NCBI GenBank assembly: GCA_042408215.1
Contig: JAYFMW010000008.1
Location: forward strand, 256,001-320,000
Direction: 5' to 3'
DNA from: Microcoleus sp.
GTDB lineage: Bacteria > Cyanobacteriota > Cyanobacteriia > Cyanobacteriales > Microcoleaceae
DNA: 64,000 nt
Of this stretch, positions 31,813 through 41,714 are shown one piece after another (position 1 is the first letter of the stretch; each line of letters starts with the position of its first letter). The notes under the pieces are model-generated. The model ran no database searches. It had not been told where the DNA came from and worked only from the letters and a program-made list of their open reading frames with translations. The position numbers and the translations under genes are program-made.

Positions 31813-32771
31813 CTGTTTTCGCTTTTGCTGGCTAAGCTTGTCATATTATGTCCGATCGATTACCCCTAATACGGTAGGGGCTCCCCTCACCAACAATACC
31901 TGCCAATAATTGACAATCTCAAAAACCCGCCCCTTGTATCTTAAAAGAGTGAGACGGTAGGGGCAGGGCAGTTTCATTCTCTTTTAGGGGCTGCCCCCCG
32001 TGGCTGCCCCAATCCCACCAAATGCCTAACAAATCCTGGATGGGTGGGCATTCTTGGCACAACCCGTACAAAAAGCTGGTTTTCCGTAGGGGCAATCCCC
32101 CCGTGGTTGCCCCGAAACAGCCCTGACGGTAGAGGCGTTCCGAAAACTATGTCCCAGAAAGTCGAGTCGTCCCTTTAGTCTGCCAAAGTTCCGGCGTCAC
32201 AGATAATAACGGCCACCGAAACGTATCCCTACCTATTGGTTTGACTCCCGTCGTCATTTTTTCCTGAAACATTACGGTTTGGCGTACACCGCAGCAACTG
32301 ATTTGGTATGGATGGCTAGGTTTAGCCTCTCTAAATGGCGCTTGTTGCTGAATCCGAAACCGAGAATCGACGCACCGAATCTGCTCCAAGATTTTGTCCA
32401 GAGTTATAGCCCACATTCGGCACCCTCAACTGTCACCATCGGTTTTTACTTATTTTTATCAAGCAATAAAGCTCTCAATTAAACTTTTCTACGTATATTA
32501 ACGGATAAAAAACCTTAATAAAAGCTTTCAGGGTTTCTTAATAAGAATGGATATTTGAGGATTATTCGATCAAATGGTTACACCGTATAAGTTTTACTGC
32601 TTTTCACATGACCTGAATCCTTACGAACTAAGAGCCTGAACCTGGATAGTGTGAAGTAGCCGTAAAGCATTTATGAAGATTCTACTAAAACTGACCTCTA
32701 GGGTAACAATCATCCAAAAGTAGTACATAATCAAGATATAGCGAATCGTCACTCACTGAGAAGTAATTGCC

Positions 32772-33644
32772 ATGAATACTAAACTATTCCCCACCTTGGC
32801 TACTCTTGCTGCCACTTTAGGCATGATTGCAGTTCAATCACCAGCTAAAGCCTTTAATTTTACAACTAACTTGACCACTTCCGGCGTTCCCGATGCTAAA
32901 AGCGATATTTGGCTAAAGTCAGTTACATACGGCGGTAAAACAACTAGCGATTTTGCCTTCGTCAACGCTGTAGAGATCATCAACAACACGCCGATCAAAA
33001 GTGGTTTAGACCCAAACACAAAAACGAGCAACCCTGAAGATGAGACAAAAAATAACGACAACAGCGGTGCAGCCAGTACAGATAAAGGCGATAAAGCCAG
33101 CTCCCCAATAGTAAATGGACAAGCAGTAGATGTATCGGGAATTAAGAACCCAACTGGCGGCGAAATGGCTGCTTACCTGGGTAACAACAACCTTAACAAC
33201 ATCATTGACACTGAAGATGCGGGTTCGTTTAAACTTAACTTATCGTTTACTAAAGCAGTAACGAACTTGTTTTTCTGGGAACGGAATATGAATAGCACCA
33301 TCAGAGTTCAAGCTTTGGATGCTATGGGACAAACGATTGGAAACCTCCTGAATCTTAATTCCCGCAGTTGGGGACAGGCTGGATACAGTATTAACACCCA
33401 AGAAATTGACACTGCTCAGAAAGTAGGCGCATGGGGCGTTAGCTTAGCAGATTTGGGAGTGAGCAGCCCGATCGGCGCTATCCAAGTCAGCACCCTCGGC
33501 TCACCGGATAATGGCCCTGACTTTAAAGTAATAGGTGAAACTCAAAATACTCCTGAACCTTTAACAATGCTGGCTGCGGGAGCTGCTGTTGGGTTTGGTG
33601 GTATGTTCAAAAAGCAACGCGCTCAGGCTCAAAAAGCTGAATAG
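32772..33644 (+). CDS. PEP-CTERM surface protein (XDP2-like)
   Basis: Signal peptide; GNNNLNNIIDTED, FFWER, NGPDFKV; C-terminal TPEPLTMLAAGAAVGFGGMFKKQR. Confidence 0.88.
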   Translation: MNTKLFPTLATLAATLGMIAVQSPAKAFNFTTNLTTSGVPDAKSDIWLKSVTYGGKTTSDFAFVNAVEIINNTPIKSGLDPNTKTSNPEDETKNNDNSGAASTDKGDKASSPIVNGQAVDVSGIKNPTGGEMAAYLGNNNLNNIIDTEDAGSFKLNLSFTKAVTNLFFWERNMNSTIRVQALDAMGQTIGNLLNLNSRSWGQAGYSINTQEIDTAQKVGAWGVSLADLGVSSPIGAIQVSTLGSPDNGPDFKVIGETQNTPEPLTMLAAGAAVGFGGMFKKQRAQAQKAE

Positions 33645-33802
33645 GCTATCATTTTAACTGGTTTTCGCTCATGGCTTGATGCCAAACTGATTATTGTATG
33701 ATAGAGCTAAAAAACCTGGTTTCAGCAAGAAACCAGGTTTCTTATTGTTTTATTTAAAGGACATGATATAATCTAATCAATCAACTAATAACTAATATCA
33801 AA

Positions 33803-34639
33803 ATGTTCAAGAAAGAACTTTTTGGGCTAATCATTATCGCCACAGGTTTAGTAACCCTGAATATGACACTCCTCTGGAAAATGGGGGATATTGCTCATTT
33901 TTATATGAGTGTAGTTTTTTGGTTCGCTGTGGGTTCCCTACTTTGGGACAAGCAGGATATTCTCAAACAGAGTGAGGTAAAAAGTGACCTATTATCGAGA
34001 GTCGCTGGGACAATATTAATAGCTTTTATTTTATTTAAAAGTGCTATGGTTTCCAGTAAATTCGATATTTTTTTAAGAATTGCACCTTTTTTGTCTGGTT
34101 TAGGTTTGGCCCTAATTGCGGTAGGTTTTCAGGATTTAAAAAAATATTGGCGTGAATTGGTCATACTATTTTTTCATGGCATCCCCAGTGTACTTACGTT
34201 ACCTTTAGTAGATATTATTACCTCGATTACAGCTCAAGTTGCTTATTTTAGTTTGTGGTATTTGGGTTTTAATGCAACACGTGAGGGTAATTATGTTGCT
34301 TTACCGACAGGAAGGGTGTTGGTATATGGGGGATGTTCGGGTATGGAGGCCATGAATTACTTATTAGGTTTATCTGTAGTTTGTTTGTTGATGTTTCCTA
34401 CTAAACAAAATAAAGCTTTGGTAATAGGTGTCGCTGTCGCTTTGGGTTTTATGATTAATGCTTTTAGAGTGGCGGCAATGGCTTTGTTAGTTGCATCTAA
34501 TCGCCTAGATTTGTTTAAATATTGGCATGAGGGTGAAGGTTCTTTGGTGGTGGGGATGATTGCGGTGGTTTTGTTTGGGATATTTTATCAATTTATTTTG
34601 AAACAAGATAGCAAAATTAGTAAAAGTTCGGGAAAATAA
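33803..34639 (+). CDS. crtA: cyanoexosortase A, copy 2
   Basis: Near-identical to 30584-31420; Cys/Arg/His retained. Confidence 0.85.
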   Translation: MFKKELFGLIIIATGLVTLNMTLLWKMGDIAHFYMSVVFWFAVGSLLWDKQDILKQSEVKSDLLSRVAGTILIAFILFKSAMVSSKFDIFLRIAPFLSGLGLALIAVGFQDLKKYWRELVILFFHGIPSVLTLPLVDIITSITAQVAYFSLWYLGFNATREGNYVALPTGRVLVYGGCSGMEAMNYLLGLSVVCLLMFPTKQNKALVIGVAVALGFMINAFRVAAMALLVASNRLDLFKYWHEGEGSLVVGMIAVVLFGIFYQFILKQDSKISKSSGK

Positions 34640-34661
34640 TTAGTTTAAAGTTGAGGTAATA

Positions 34662-34801
34662 TAGCCTTTCTCAGTAACAGTGCGGTACGCTTCGGGCATA
34701 GGGCTTCGGGCATAGGGCTTCGGGCATAGGGCTTCGGGCATAGGGCTTCGGGCATAGGGCTTCGGGCATAGGGCATACCTCACAACGCTTGAGAACCGCT
34801 A
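34662..34801. mobile_element. MITE with TA duplication, filled with 14-bp (GCTTCGGGCATAGG) repeats
   Basis: TIRs TAGCCTTTCTCA / TGAGAACCGCTA; absent from the paralogous site at 31441. Confidence 0.8.
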
Positions 34802-34951
34802 TATATCGGTTGTTCGATTTCCACTCTAATAGTCAGGAGTCTCGCTGACTCAACTGTCCGGGTGTTGAAATCCGCCACCTGTTACTACCTGTAATTGAAC
34901 TGCGGTTATATATATCATAGAAATAATGTCAGGAATTATAGGAAACTCGTT

Positions 34952-35449
34952 ATGGCGGCCAATGACAGTCAAATAAGCCAAGTTTACGGTTCTGAGGATG
35001 CTCAAGCTATTCTGCAAATTGCGATCGCCCAAAAAGAAGAAAACGGAGAACTTTCGCGAGTGCAGTTGTTCGAGATTGCAGCGGAATTGGGCATTTCCGA
35101 ACAGGATATTGTGGCGGCGGAACAGCAATGGTTAGCAAATAGAGGGGAAGTTCAAGAGAAACTGGCTTTTAATCGTTACCGTCGCGGCAAATTGCAGAAA
35201 AACTTGACAAAGTACGCAATTGTCAATACTTTTTTAGTTTTGCTAAATCTAGCAGCAGCCCACGAGCTTTCTTGGTCGATTTTCATTCTACTAGGTTGGG
35301 GGTTGGGATTGTCGCTGAATGCTTGGAATGTGTATCAAACTGAAGGGGAAGATTACGAACAGGCGTTTCAAGGGTGGCGGTTGAAGAAACAAGTCGGAGA
35401 GTCTATTGGTACTGCGGCGGATAAGTTTCTGAAGTGGTTGCAGTCGTGA
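34952..35449 (+). CDS. 2TM domain-containing protein
   Basis: [25 protein letters not shown], two TM segments with WSIFILLGWGLGL. Confidence 0.8.
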   Translation: MAANDSQISQVYGSEDAQAILQIAIAQKEENGELSRVQLFEIAAELGISEQDIVAAEQQWLANRGEVQEKLAFNRYRRGKLQKNLTKYAIVNTFLVLLNLAAAHELSWSIFILLGWGLGLSLNAWNVYQTEGEDYEQAFQGWRLKKQVGESIGTAADKFLKWLQS

Positions 35450-35467
35450 TTTGCTCTTGGGAAAAAC

Positions 35468-35589
35468 AGGACTTACGCACTCTTAGGCCAAAAACCCCCG
35501 GTGGTTGAGCGGAGTCGAAACCCTACGTCAATATCTCTCGAAGAGATGCAGGATTTTTCTCAGAAACCGGGTTTTTTGCGTAAGTCCTA
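35468..35589. repeat. AGGACTTACGCA...TGCGTAAGTCCT inverted-repeat element
   Basis: Terminal inverted repeats; related ends at about 42643 and 55077. Confidence 0.65.
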
Positions 35590-36189
35590 GAAAAGAGAGA
35601 ATTGATATTTAGCCCTGGCGAATGGAAGTCGCGGCTATACAAACAAAGTCCGAGCTGAGAGGGACTGAATTATTAAGGGCATTGTCCATCTTACCCTGAT
35701 TGTTACCAATTGCATCTCATGTTCGATCGCAAAAATACTCGGTTTTGATATACTGTCTGATTACTGGCGATAGATTGAATAGATGCGTCTAAGTGTTTAA
35801 TCTTCCGTTACGATCGTGCTGACCATAAACCTCAGTTAAATTTACCCAATTTCCCTCACCATAAGCATAAGGATTGTGAACAGAATATTGTGGCTTCTTC
35901 GGCTCCCATGTTAACAGAAGTGTTACAGGAAATTGAGGGGTTATTGCTGTAAATTTCAGTGAACGATCAAAATTACTGACGGCTAGTTTCTCGCGATCGC
36001 GAACAGTAAAATCCCAATCCACGAATCATTAGAAATGTTGAGTCTACGTTGCTTGTGACAACGCAAACTATAATAATCATCGGCAGGGGAAGAAATTGCA
36101 CAGATAATCGCGGCAAGTGGCGGCCATCCACATCAGAAATTAATGCCGTTATGCTATAAAACTTATGCTGGCTATCAGGAGGAAATACC

Positions 36190-37620
36190 ATGAGTCAAAA
36201 TTCTCAGCCCGTTCCCCGCTTAGATTTAGCTCCCAAATTGAGCCGCCCTCTTTCATTATGGAATCCCCTAGATTATCTGCGGTTATTGTATTGGGTGTTC
36301 TTTTTTCCCCAAGCTTTGCCGTGGTATATAGACACCTTTGGCGGTAAGGGTTTTAAGGAGGCAAAAACTGGGCTCCAAAGGTGGGAATGGCTGCGCCAAA
36401 ATCCCATCCAGCCCCAGCTAGTTTTGCAAGTCTTAACGTTAGGTGTGGTTCTTCTGATCATTTTGAATGGAGTTCCTGTGCGGGTAGGTTTTGCTGTCAA
36501 TTGGTGGTGGGTAATGAAGGGCATAGTGTACGGCGTGGCGTTGAGCATGGCGTCGGGCGTGGCGTTGAGCGTGGTGTCGGGCATAGTGTGTGGCGTGGCG
36601 TTCGGTGTGGTGTCGGGCGTGGCGTCGGTCGTGGCGTTGAGCGTGGCGTTTGGCGTGGTGTGGGGCGTGATGCCGGGCGCGGCGATCAGCCTGCCGTACA
36701 TCGTGGCGTTGTTCGTGGTGTTGCTCGTGGTGTTGGGCGGGGCGTTGGGCGTGTCGTTGGGCGAGGTGTGGGGCGTGATACCGGGCGTGGGGTTCGGGGT
36801 GGCGCTCGGCTTGGTGTTCGCACGTCTAGAAGATTGGCTTTTCGCTTTACCGTTTACCTTGCTCCAGCCGAGAAACCAAAATAGGTATTTTCCTCACATT
36901 ACCAGCATTCCCCTTCCGTACCTATCTTCTCAGGTAGCAAATTGGCTGAGGCGAGATTGGGAAACAGGAAAGCACAACATTAATCAACTATTGCGATTTA
37001 CCTTTCAGTTTATCCCCGTTTTTCAAGCTGTTAATAAAGTGCTCGCCGAGACGCCTCCAGAACTACTTATCTATCGCGTCGCTCAATTAGCTGACGAGCT
37101 TTATGATTGGAATTTATTGCGTTTTGCCTCAGCTTCTCTGAGTGGGATTCGCTTAGATACCCCTGCGCGTGCTGCTGCTGCGGGTTTCTGGTATTTGTAT
37201 GTAGAAAAGCCCAAAAAAGCGACAGAAGCTTTTGCCGTCGTGCGCGAGCTCCCCTATGGCGAAGAGATGTTCACCTTGGCGCAAATCCTAGCAGCTTTTC
37301 ACACCACAAAGGAACCCGCTCAAATTGCCGCCCTCAACCTGCCTGATTCACCCAATCAAACGTTTTTACACTTGACTGCTTGGTCAGCAATTGCGGCCTT
37401 GCGACGGGTTATTTCCGATGTGCAAAATATCGAGCAATCAGCCTCTAAATCAGCGAGTGTTCTGGTTTTTAACCGCGCATTCGTAGAACTCCAAGACATT
37501 CTGGATGGAGCCGAAAACATCCCGCAAGCTGAACGAAAGTTAATTATAAATATTGCACAAACTTGGAGGATAAATATTGCACAAACTTGGCAAAAATCTG
37601 GACTGGCAATTACTGGTTAA
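36190..37620 (+). CDS. membrane protein with GVA repeats, probably the truncated N-terminal half of an AAA-ATPase-fused protein
   Basis: PLSLWNPLDYLRLLYWVFFFPQAL, GVAxGV repeats, RLDTPARAAAAGFWYL; ends just after a duplicated INIAQTW. Confidence 0.6.
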   Translation: MSQNSQPVPRLDLAPKLSRPLSLWNPLDYLRLLYWVFFFPQALPWYIDTFGGKGFKEAKTGLQRWEWLRQNPIQPQLVLQVLTLGVVLLIILNGVPVRVGFAVNWWWVMKGIVYGVALSMASGVALSVVSGIVCGVAFGVVSGVASVVALSVAFGVVWGVMPGAAISLPYIVALFVVLLVVLGGALGVSLGEVWGVIPGVGFGVALGLVFARLEDWLFALPFTLLQPRNQNRYFPHITSIPLPYLSSQVANWLRRDWETGKHNINQLLRFTFQFIPVFQAVNKVLAETPPELLIYRVAQLADELYDWNLLRFASASLSGIRLDTPARAAAAGFWYLYVEKPKKATEAFAVVRELPYGEEMFTLAQILAAFHTTKEPAQIAALNLPDSPNQTFLHLTAWSAIAALRRVISDVQNIEQSASKSASVLVFNRAFVELQDILDGAENIPQAERKLIINIAQTWRINIAQTWQKSGLAITG

Positions 37621-37888
37621 ACAAGCAATGAGCCGCGATTTTATAGACAGTCGCCTCAAGGCTCCCTGGTTAAAACCTGTGACAAACCCTGTCAGTTTCA
37701 CTTGTCAGAAATTACCTGACAAGTGCAGCGCCCAATATTCACCTGAGCCCCAAGCTTCCTTTCCTAAAGAGCGATCGCCCTTTTCCTTCCCAAAGCGCGA
37801 TCGCTCTTGATTTCTCATGGATTCCACTAAATGGAGCGTGCTATAATTAGTCATAGCTTCCAGTACGTCAGATATAGGAGTTTCCAGC

Positions 37889-38155
37889 ATGGATGCAAGT
37901 CAGATTGCCACTGTGACAGCAGAACACAAACTGCAATTCCCGCCTGAAATTTTAGCTCAACTACGTCCAGGCGATCGATACCAATTTTCTTTAACCGAAA
38001 CTGAAATTATCTTAACAAAAATTCCCCTGTCGCAAACAGACTTGGATGAATTCCTCGAACATCTAGAAGAACTAGAACCAAATCCCAATCAACCTACTCT
38101 GCAAGAAATTAGTGAAATTGTTAAAGAAGTCCGACAAGAGTTGTGGTCTAACTAA
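37889..38155 (+). CDS. putative AbrB-like antitoxin
   Basis: VTAEHKLQFPPEILAQLRPGD; overlaps the PIN gene start (TAATG). Confidence 0.65.
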   Translation: MDASQIATVTAEHKLQFPPEILAQLRPGDRYQFSLTETEIILTKIPLSQTDLDEFLEHLEELEPNPNQPTLQEISEIVKEVRQELWSN

Positions 38156-38595
38156 TGAGAGTTGTATTGGATGTCAACGTTTGGATTTCAGCTTTACTAT
38201 GGGGCGGAATTCCTGGTCAAATGCTGCGGCTAGCCCGAAATCAACAAATTACTATATTTACTTCCGATCCCTTATTGTTGGAACTGGAAACCACACTCAA
38301 CCGTGCTAAATTTCGGTCACAATTGCAACAGCGAGATTATACGGTTGAATATCTGATGTCTGTAGTCAAAGGATTTTCCACTTCTTCTTCAACAACTCCT
38401 ATTAATGTTCCTGAACTGCGAGATCCTAAAGATGCCAAAATTATAGAAACAGCTTTAGGTGCTGATGCAGAAGCTATTGTAACTGGCGATTTAGATTTAC
38501 TGACTCTCGGCGAAGTTGAACACATAGCGATTCTGACTCCAACAAATTTTATTAATCGTTATTTTCCTAATTTAAGCTTTCGGAATATTGACTAG
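38155..38595 (+). CDS. PIN-domain toxin
   Basis: RVVLDVNVWISALL, RDPKD, IVTGDLDLL. Confidence 0.88.
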   Translation: MRVVLDVNVWISALLWGGIPGQMLRLARNQQITIFTSDPLLLELETTLNRAKFRSQLQQRDYTVEYLMSVVKGFSTSSSTTPINVPELRDPKDAKIIETALGADAEAIVTGDLDLLTLGEVEHIAILTPTNFINRYFPNLSFRNID

Positions 38596-38661
38596 AAAAA
38601 AGCGATAGCCCTTGAGATACCCGACTTACTTTTTTGAGAAGTCGGGACTCTGCTTGTTAAA

Positions 38662-39723
38662 TTACTGGGGCGAATCGATCTTAGCAGCATCTTCAACCAC
38701 AGGATGAATTAAAGCCGATCGCAAACCTTGACGAGTTTCCGCACTCAAATACCGGCGCTGCAAAATCTGCCATTTTCCCCAAGCTGCGTAGCGACTTTCT
38801 GCCAAAATACCAGCCAATATCGGCAACTCTTTTTGCAGATCGCCCTCCACAAAATCCGTCAAAAATTCCCCTAAAACTTCACTGTCTTGAATATCACCCA
38901 AACATTCTTGAATAGCTTTCACATCCTCTACATAAGCTTCATAAGTCTCGCCGTAAAAATCTCCAAACAGATTCATCAAATAGCGAACTCGCTTAGCTTG
39001 CTTCCGCAAATCGTGCAGAATTGTTCCCTCGGCGGCCAACTTGTGTTCGACAGCCTCAGCATTCAAATCATCACAAACTTTAACTTGGCCATCCTCATAT
39101 TCCGTACCCAGCAGCCAAGCCGGATGTAGGAAAAACTCGCTGACTTGAGGTAACAGTAAATCTGGCAAAACCTCAGCAATTGGCAAATGTTCGATCGCCC
39201 GAAACTGCGGTTTTTCCAACCAATCCTCGATCGACCTTTTCAGCAATTGGTAACTTTTGTGTTCCAAAACCGCCCTCACCCCTTTCAAAGCGCGGCGTCG
39301 CTGTTTGAGCAAAGTTAACAAAACTTGATCTAAAACTTCCTGTTCTTCGGCAGGCAAATTCGGGTAATATCGGTTTTGGAGACTGTCGAGCATCACATCC
39401 AAATCTCTGAGAGTTCCCAGAATCCGTCCAACTTTACCAATTTTGTGCTCTTGGGCCTGTTTTGGCAAATCTAAAACCGGAGCGAAACCAGTCACAGCCG
39501 ATCGCAAACGCCGCATTCCGACTCGCATTTGGTGAAGTTCTTCCGCATCTTTGTCTTTGAGAACTTCAGCTTCGTGGGCTAGAGTTTTGCGGAAATATTT
39601 CTCGATCGCGTCAGCAGCCGCGTCTCCGAGAGTCTTAACTTGAGTTTTAACTTTGACTGATGTTTTTAGGTTCATGGCTGGTGTAGATGTCAAATCCCCG
39701 ATCGACTTTAATTTTGATTTCAA
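38662..39723 (-). CDS. CHAD domain protein
   Basis: LHQMRVGMRRLRS, LRDLDV, LHDLRKQAKRVRY, LGDIQD. Confidence 0.88.
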   Translation of the reverse strand: MKSKLKSIGDLTSTPAMNLKTSVKVKTQVKTLGDAAADAIEKYFRKTLAHEAEVLKDKDAEELHQMRVGMRRLRSAVTGFAPVLDLPKQAQEHKIGKVGRILGTLRDLDVMLDSLQNRYYPNLPAEEQEVLDQVLLTLLKQRRRALKGVRAVLEHKSYQLLKRSIEDWLEKPQFRAIEHLPIAEVLPDLLLPQVSEFFLHPAWLLGTEYEDGQVKVCDDLNAEAVEHKLAAEGTILHDLRKQAKRVRYLMNLFGDFYGETYEAYVEDVKAIQECLGDIQDSEVLGEFLTDFVEGDLQKELPILAGILAESRYAAWGKWQILQRRYLSAETRQGLRSALIHPVVEDAAKIDSPQ

Positions 39724-40179
39724 GGCTTTTCTAATAAGGGGTTACATCCTAGCACACACTTTTAATTTATGAACCGCACCCACAATAAATCTTAATGTAA
39801 GGTGCTTGACAATTTATCCAAAATATGCATTGACAGTCCTGGATGCACTCCAATCAAAGAAACCGGGTTTTTTACCGAATTTGCTGGTCTCAACCAAGTA
39901 TTGTCGTAAATCAAAGAAACCGGGTTTTTTACCGAATTTGCTGGTCTCAACCAAGTATTGTCCTAAAAAAACCAGGTTTCTAGGCTCTCATGCAAAATCT
40001 CAAATCTCAAATAAAATGTCCCTCCCTCGCTCTTCGGCCAATAAAAATCCGATTTCTTGCACACTTTCCCAAAAAGGTTAAGATAGCCTCAAACTGACAT
40101 TTATTCGCCAAAGGGTGAGAGAGGGTGCGATCGGGAAAGACAAGTTTGAGATTAAATCAAGTCCACCCAGACAGGCAGT

Positions 40180-40521
40180 TTAGCCCTTCTTCCAGTCTTT
40201 CGCCGATTGTTCGAGTACGTAGGTTGCTACATCCTCAATTTGTGCCGGCTTCAAGCGGCCCTTAAAAGCAGGCATAGCATTTTTGCCATTTGTTACCTGA
40301 GTGGTAATAGCTTCGATGGAATTCATGCCGTATTTCTCAAGAGCAGCCTTTTTCAAGGTTTTCATACCCATAACCACGTTGCCGCCACCGATGTGACAAG
40401 CTGCACAGTTAGCGCTAAAGATTTTAGCTCCATTAGCGGCATCTCCAGCCAAAGCAGGGCGGCCAAAGCCGACGGTAAAAATTGCAAACGCTAACAGAGC
40501 GATCGATAAGAGTCTTTTCAA
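40180..40521 (-). CDS. petJ: cytochrome c6
   Basis: Signal peptide; [17 protein letters not shown]. Confidence 0.95.
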   Translation of the reverse strand: MKRLLSIALLAFAIFTVGFGRPALAGDAANGAKIFSANCAACHIGGGNVVMGMKTLKKAALEKYGMNSIEAITTQVTNGKNAMPAFKGRLKPAQIEDVATYVLEQSAKDWKKG

Positions 40522-40647
40522 CGAAGTTCTCCTCTACTGGATACACAAAGAGTGATTGTTTAGATATTTTACCTGTTTAATCAGGCACGAACACGTAGAC
40601 GCGATCGCGATCTCCCGAGTAATTTACCACTTTTTTGCAGTCGCGAT

Positions 40648-41039
40648 TCAACTCTCAAAATTCTCGACGCCCCATGCGGGAGCCTTCTGAGCCGCCCTGA
40701 GCAAAAAAGCAGCCAAATTTTCGATTTGGGCCTGGGACATCCAGCTTTCCGGCACCTGGCGGCACCAAAAACTTGCCTCGCTACCGTCATAAGTCATCGG
40801 TTGTCTTAGATACGCCACCAAAGCATTGATGTTGCTGCGGGGAGGGGTTGCCCCATTGAGGTCAGCCAAAGACAGAGATCTAGTCGGATCGGGCAAATTA
40901 GCTCCTCCGACGTGACAATTGAGGCAATTTTGCTGGAACAAGCGCTTCCCTGCGGACAAATCCTCAGCCGAAAACAAGCGAGTATCTCCCTGTCCAATTC
41001 CAGTGCCACAGGTTCGCTGGCTTGCAAATAGCGAGTCAC
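40648..41039 (-). pseudogene. psbV2: cytochrome c550-like PsbV2, 5'-truncated by an IS derivative and frameshifted
   Basis: CLNCHVGG, PMTYDGSE, AAQKAPAWG; VTRYLQASEPVALELD lies in another frame; no signal peptide; between psbV and petJ. Confidence 0.8.
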
Positions 41040-41240
41040 TTGACACTCCCCGACCGTCGCGGACGGGGATTCTTGGTTCATCGACAAACCTTAAAATTAC
41101 CTATCCTTACGGCATTACTTAAACCTGATACCCGTTCGATTGAACCTGTGTACCGAGCATAATTTAGGCAATCCCAGAGGGCTATATCTCCTCAAGCTTT
41201 TAGAGAATTACTTCTCACGATTCCGTGTGCCCCACGGTAC
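41040..41240 (-). ncRNA. putative TnpB omega-RNA scaffold
   Basis: TACCGTGGGGCACACGGAA...AAGCTTGAGGAGA...TCGATGAACCAAGAATCCCC...GTCAA, the layout seen at tnpB 3' ends. Confidence 0.55.
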
Positions 41241-41430
41241 GTTTAATATTTAAAAGTTTTACTTTTCTGGTTTTGGGCTAGCGTTAGCTTCCCTGACTAT
41301 GTTTATTCGTGGTATTCGTCACCCACTAGCCATTATTATTTTCCGACCCGTCGTTTGAGCTTGGTGTCTCATGTGTATCGGCGGTTATTCTACCTGTGAC
41401 ATACTCATGATGTACCTCCAAACGAACCCC

Positions 41431-41577
41431 ATGTCAAGAGCAAAATCTATCAAAATCAGACTTTCTGAGTATGAATACCAGCAACTACAGCAGGAAGCCG
41501 AAAGACAAGGCACAGGTATGTCTGATTTACTGAGAAAATGTATCTCTAAGTTTCCTGCCGTAAAAAAGCCGTCCTAA
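41431..41577 (+). CDS. small ribbon-helix-helix (CopG/MobC-like) protein inside the IS derivative
   Basis: MSRAKSIKIRLSEYEYQQLQQEAERQGTGMSDLLRKCI strand-helix-helix pattern. Confidence 0.7.
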   Translation: MSRAKSIKIRLSEYEYQQLQQEAERQGTGMSDLLRKCISKFPAVKKPS

Positions 41578-41714
41578 AAGGACGGGGCTTTAAACCCAAA
41601 TTTCCGGTAAATTTTAGATTTCAGATTTTCGATCGAAAAACGACCAGCTAGCAATGCTTAGGAAACTCCAGCCCTCTCCCAATCCAAAATCCAAAATCTA
41701 AAATCTAAAATTGA

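Larger units (their letters stand above)
41040..41606 (-). mobile_element. non-autonomous IS200/IS605 derivative (omega-RNA-like scaffold plus RHH gene, no tnpA/tnpB)
   Basis: Right end GAATCCCCGTCCGCGACGGTCGGGGAGTGTCAA; left end AAAGCCCCGTCCTTTTAGGACGGC preceded by TTAC. Confidence 0.8.

Noticed and set aside
35789..36191. Small minus-strand ORFs
   Set aside because: Possibly a gene remnant, but no family is recognisable.
36273..36884. Alternative-frame repeat proteins
   Set aside because: Shadows of the GC-rich GVA-repeat region.
39852..39980. Two ~57-bp direct repeats as a mini-CRISPR
   Set aside because: Contiguous copies of the common AGAAACCGGGTTT repeat with no spacer.
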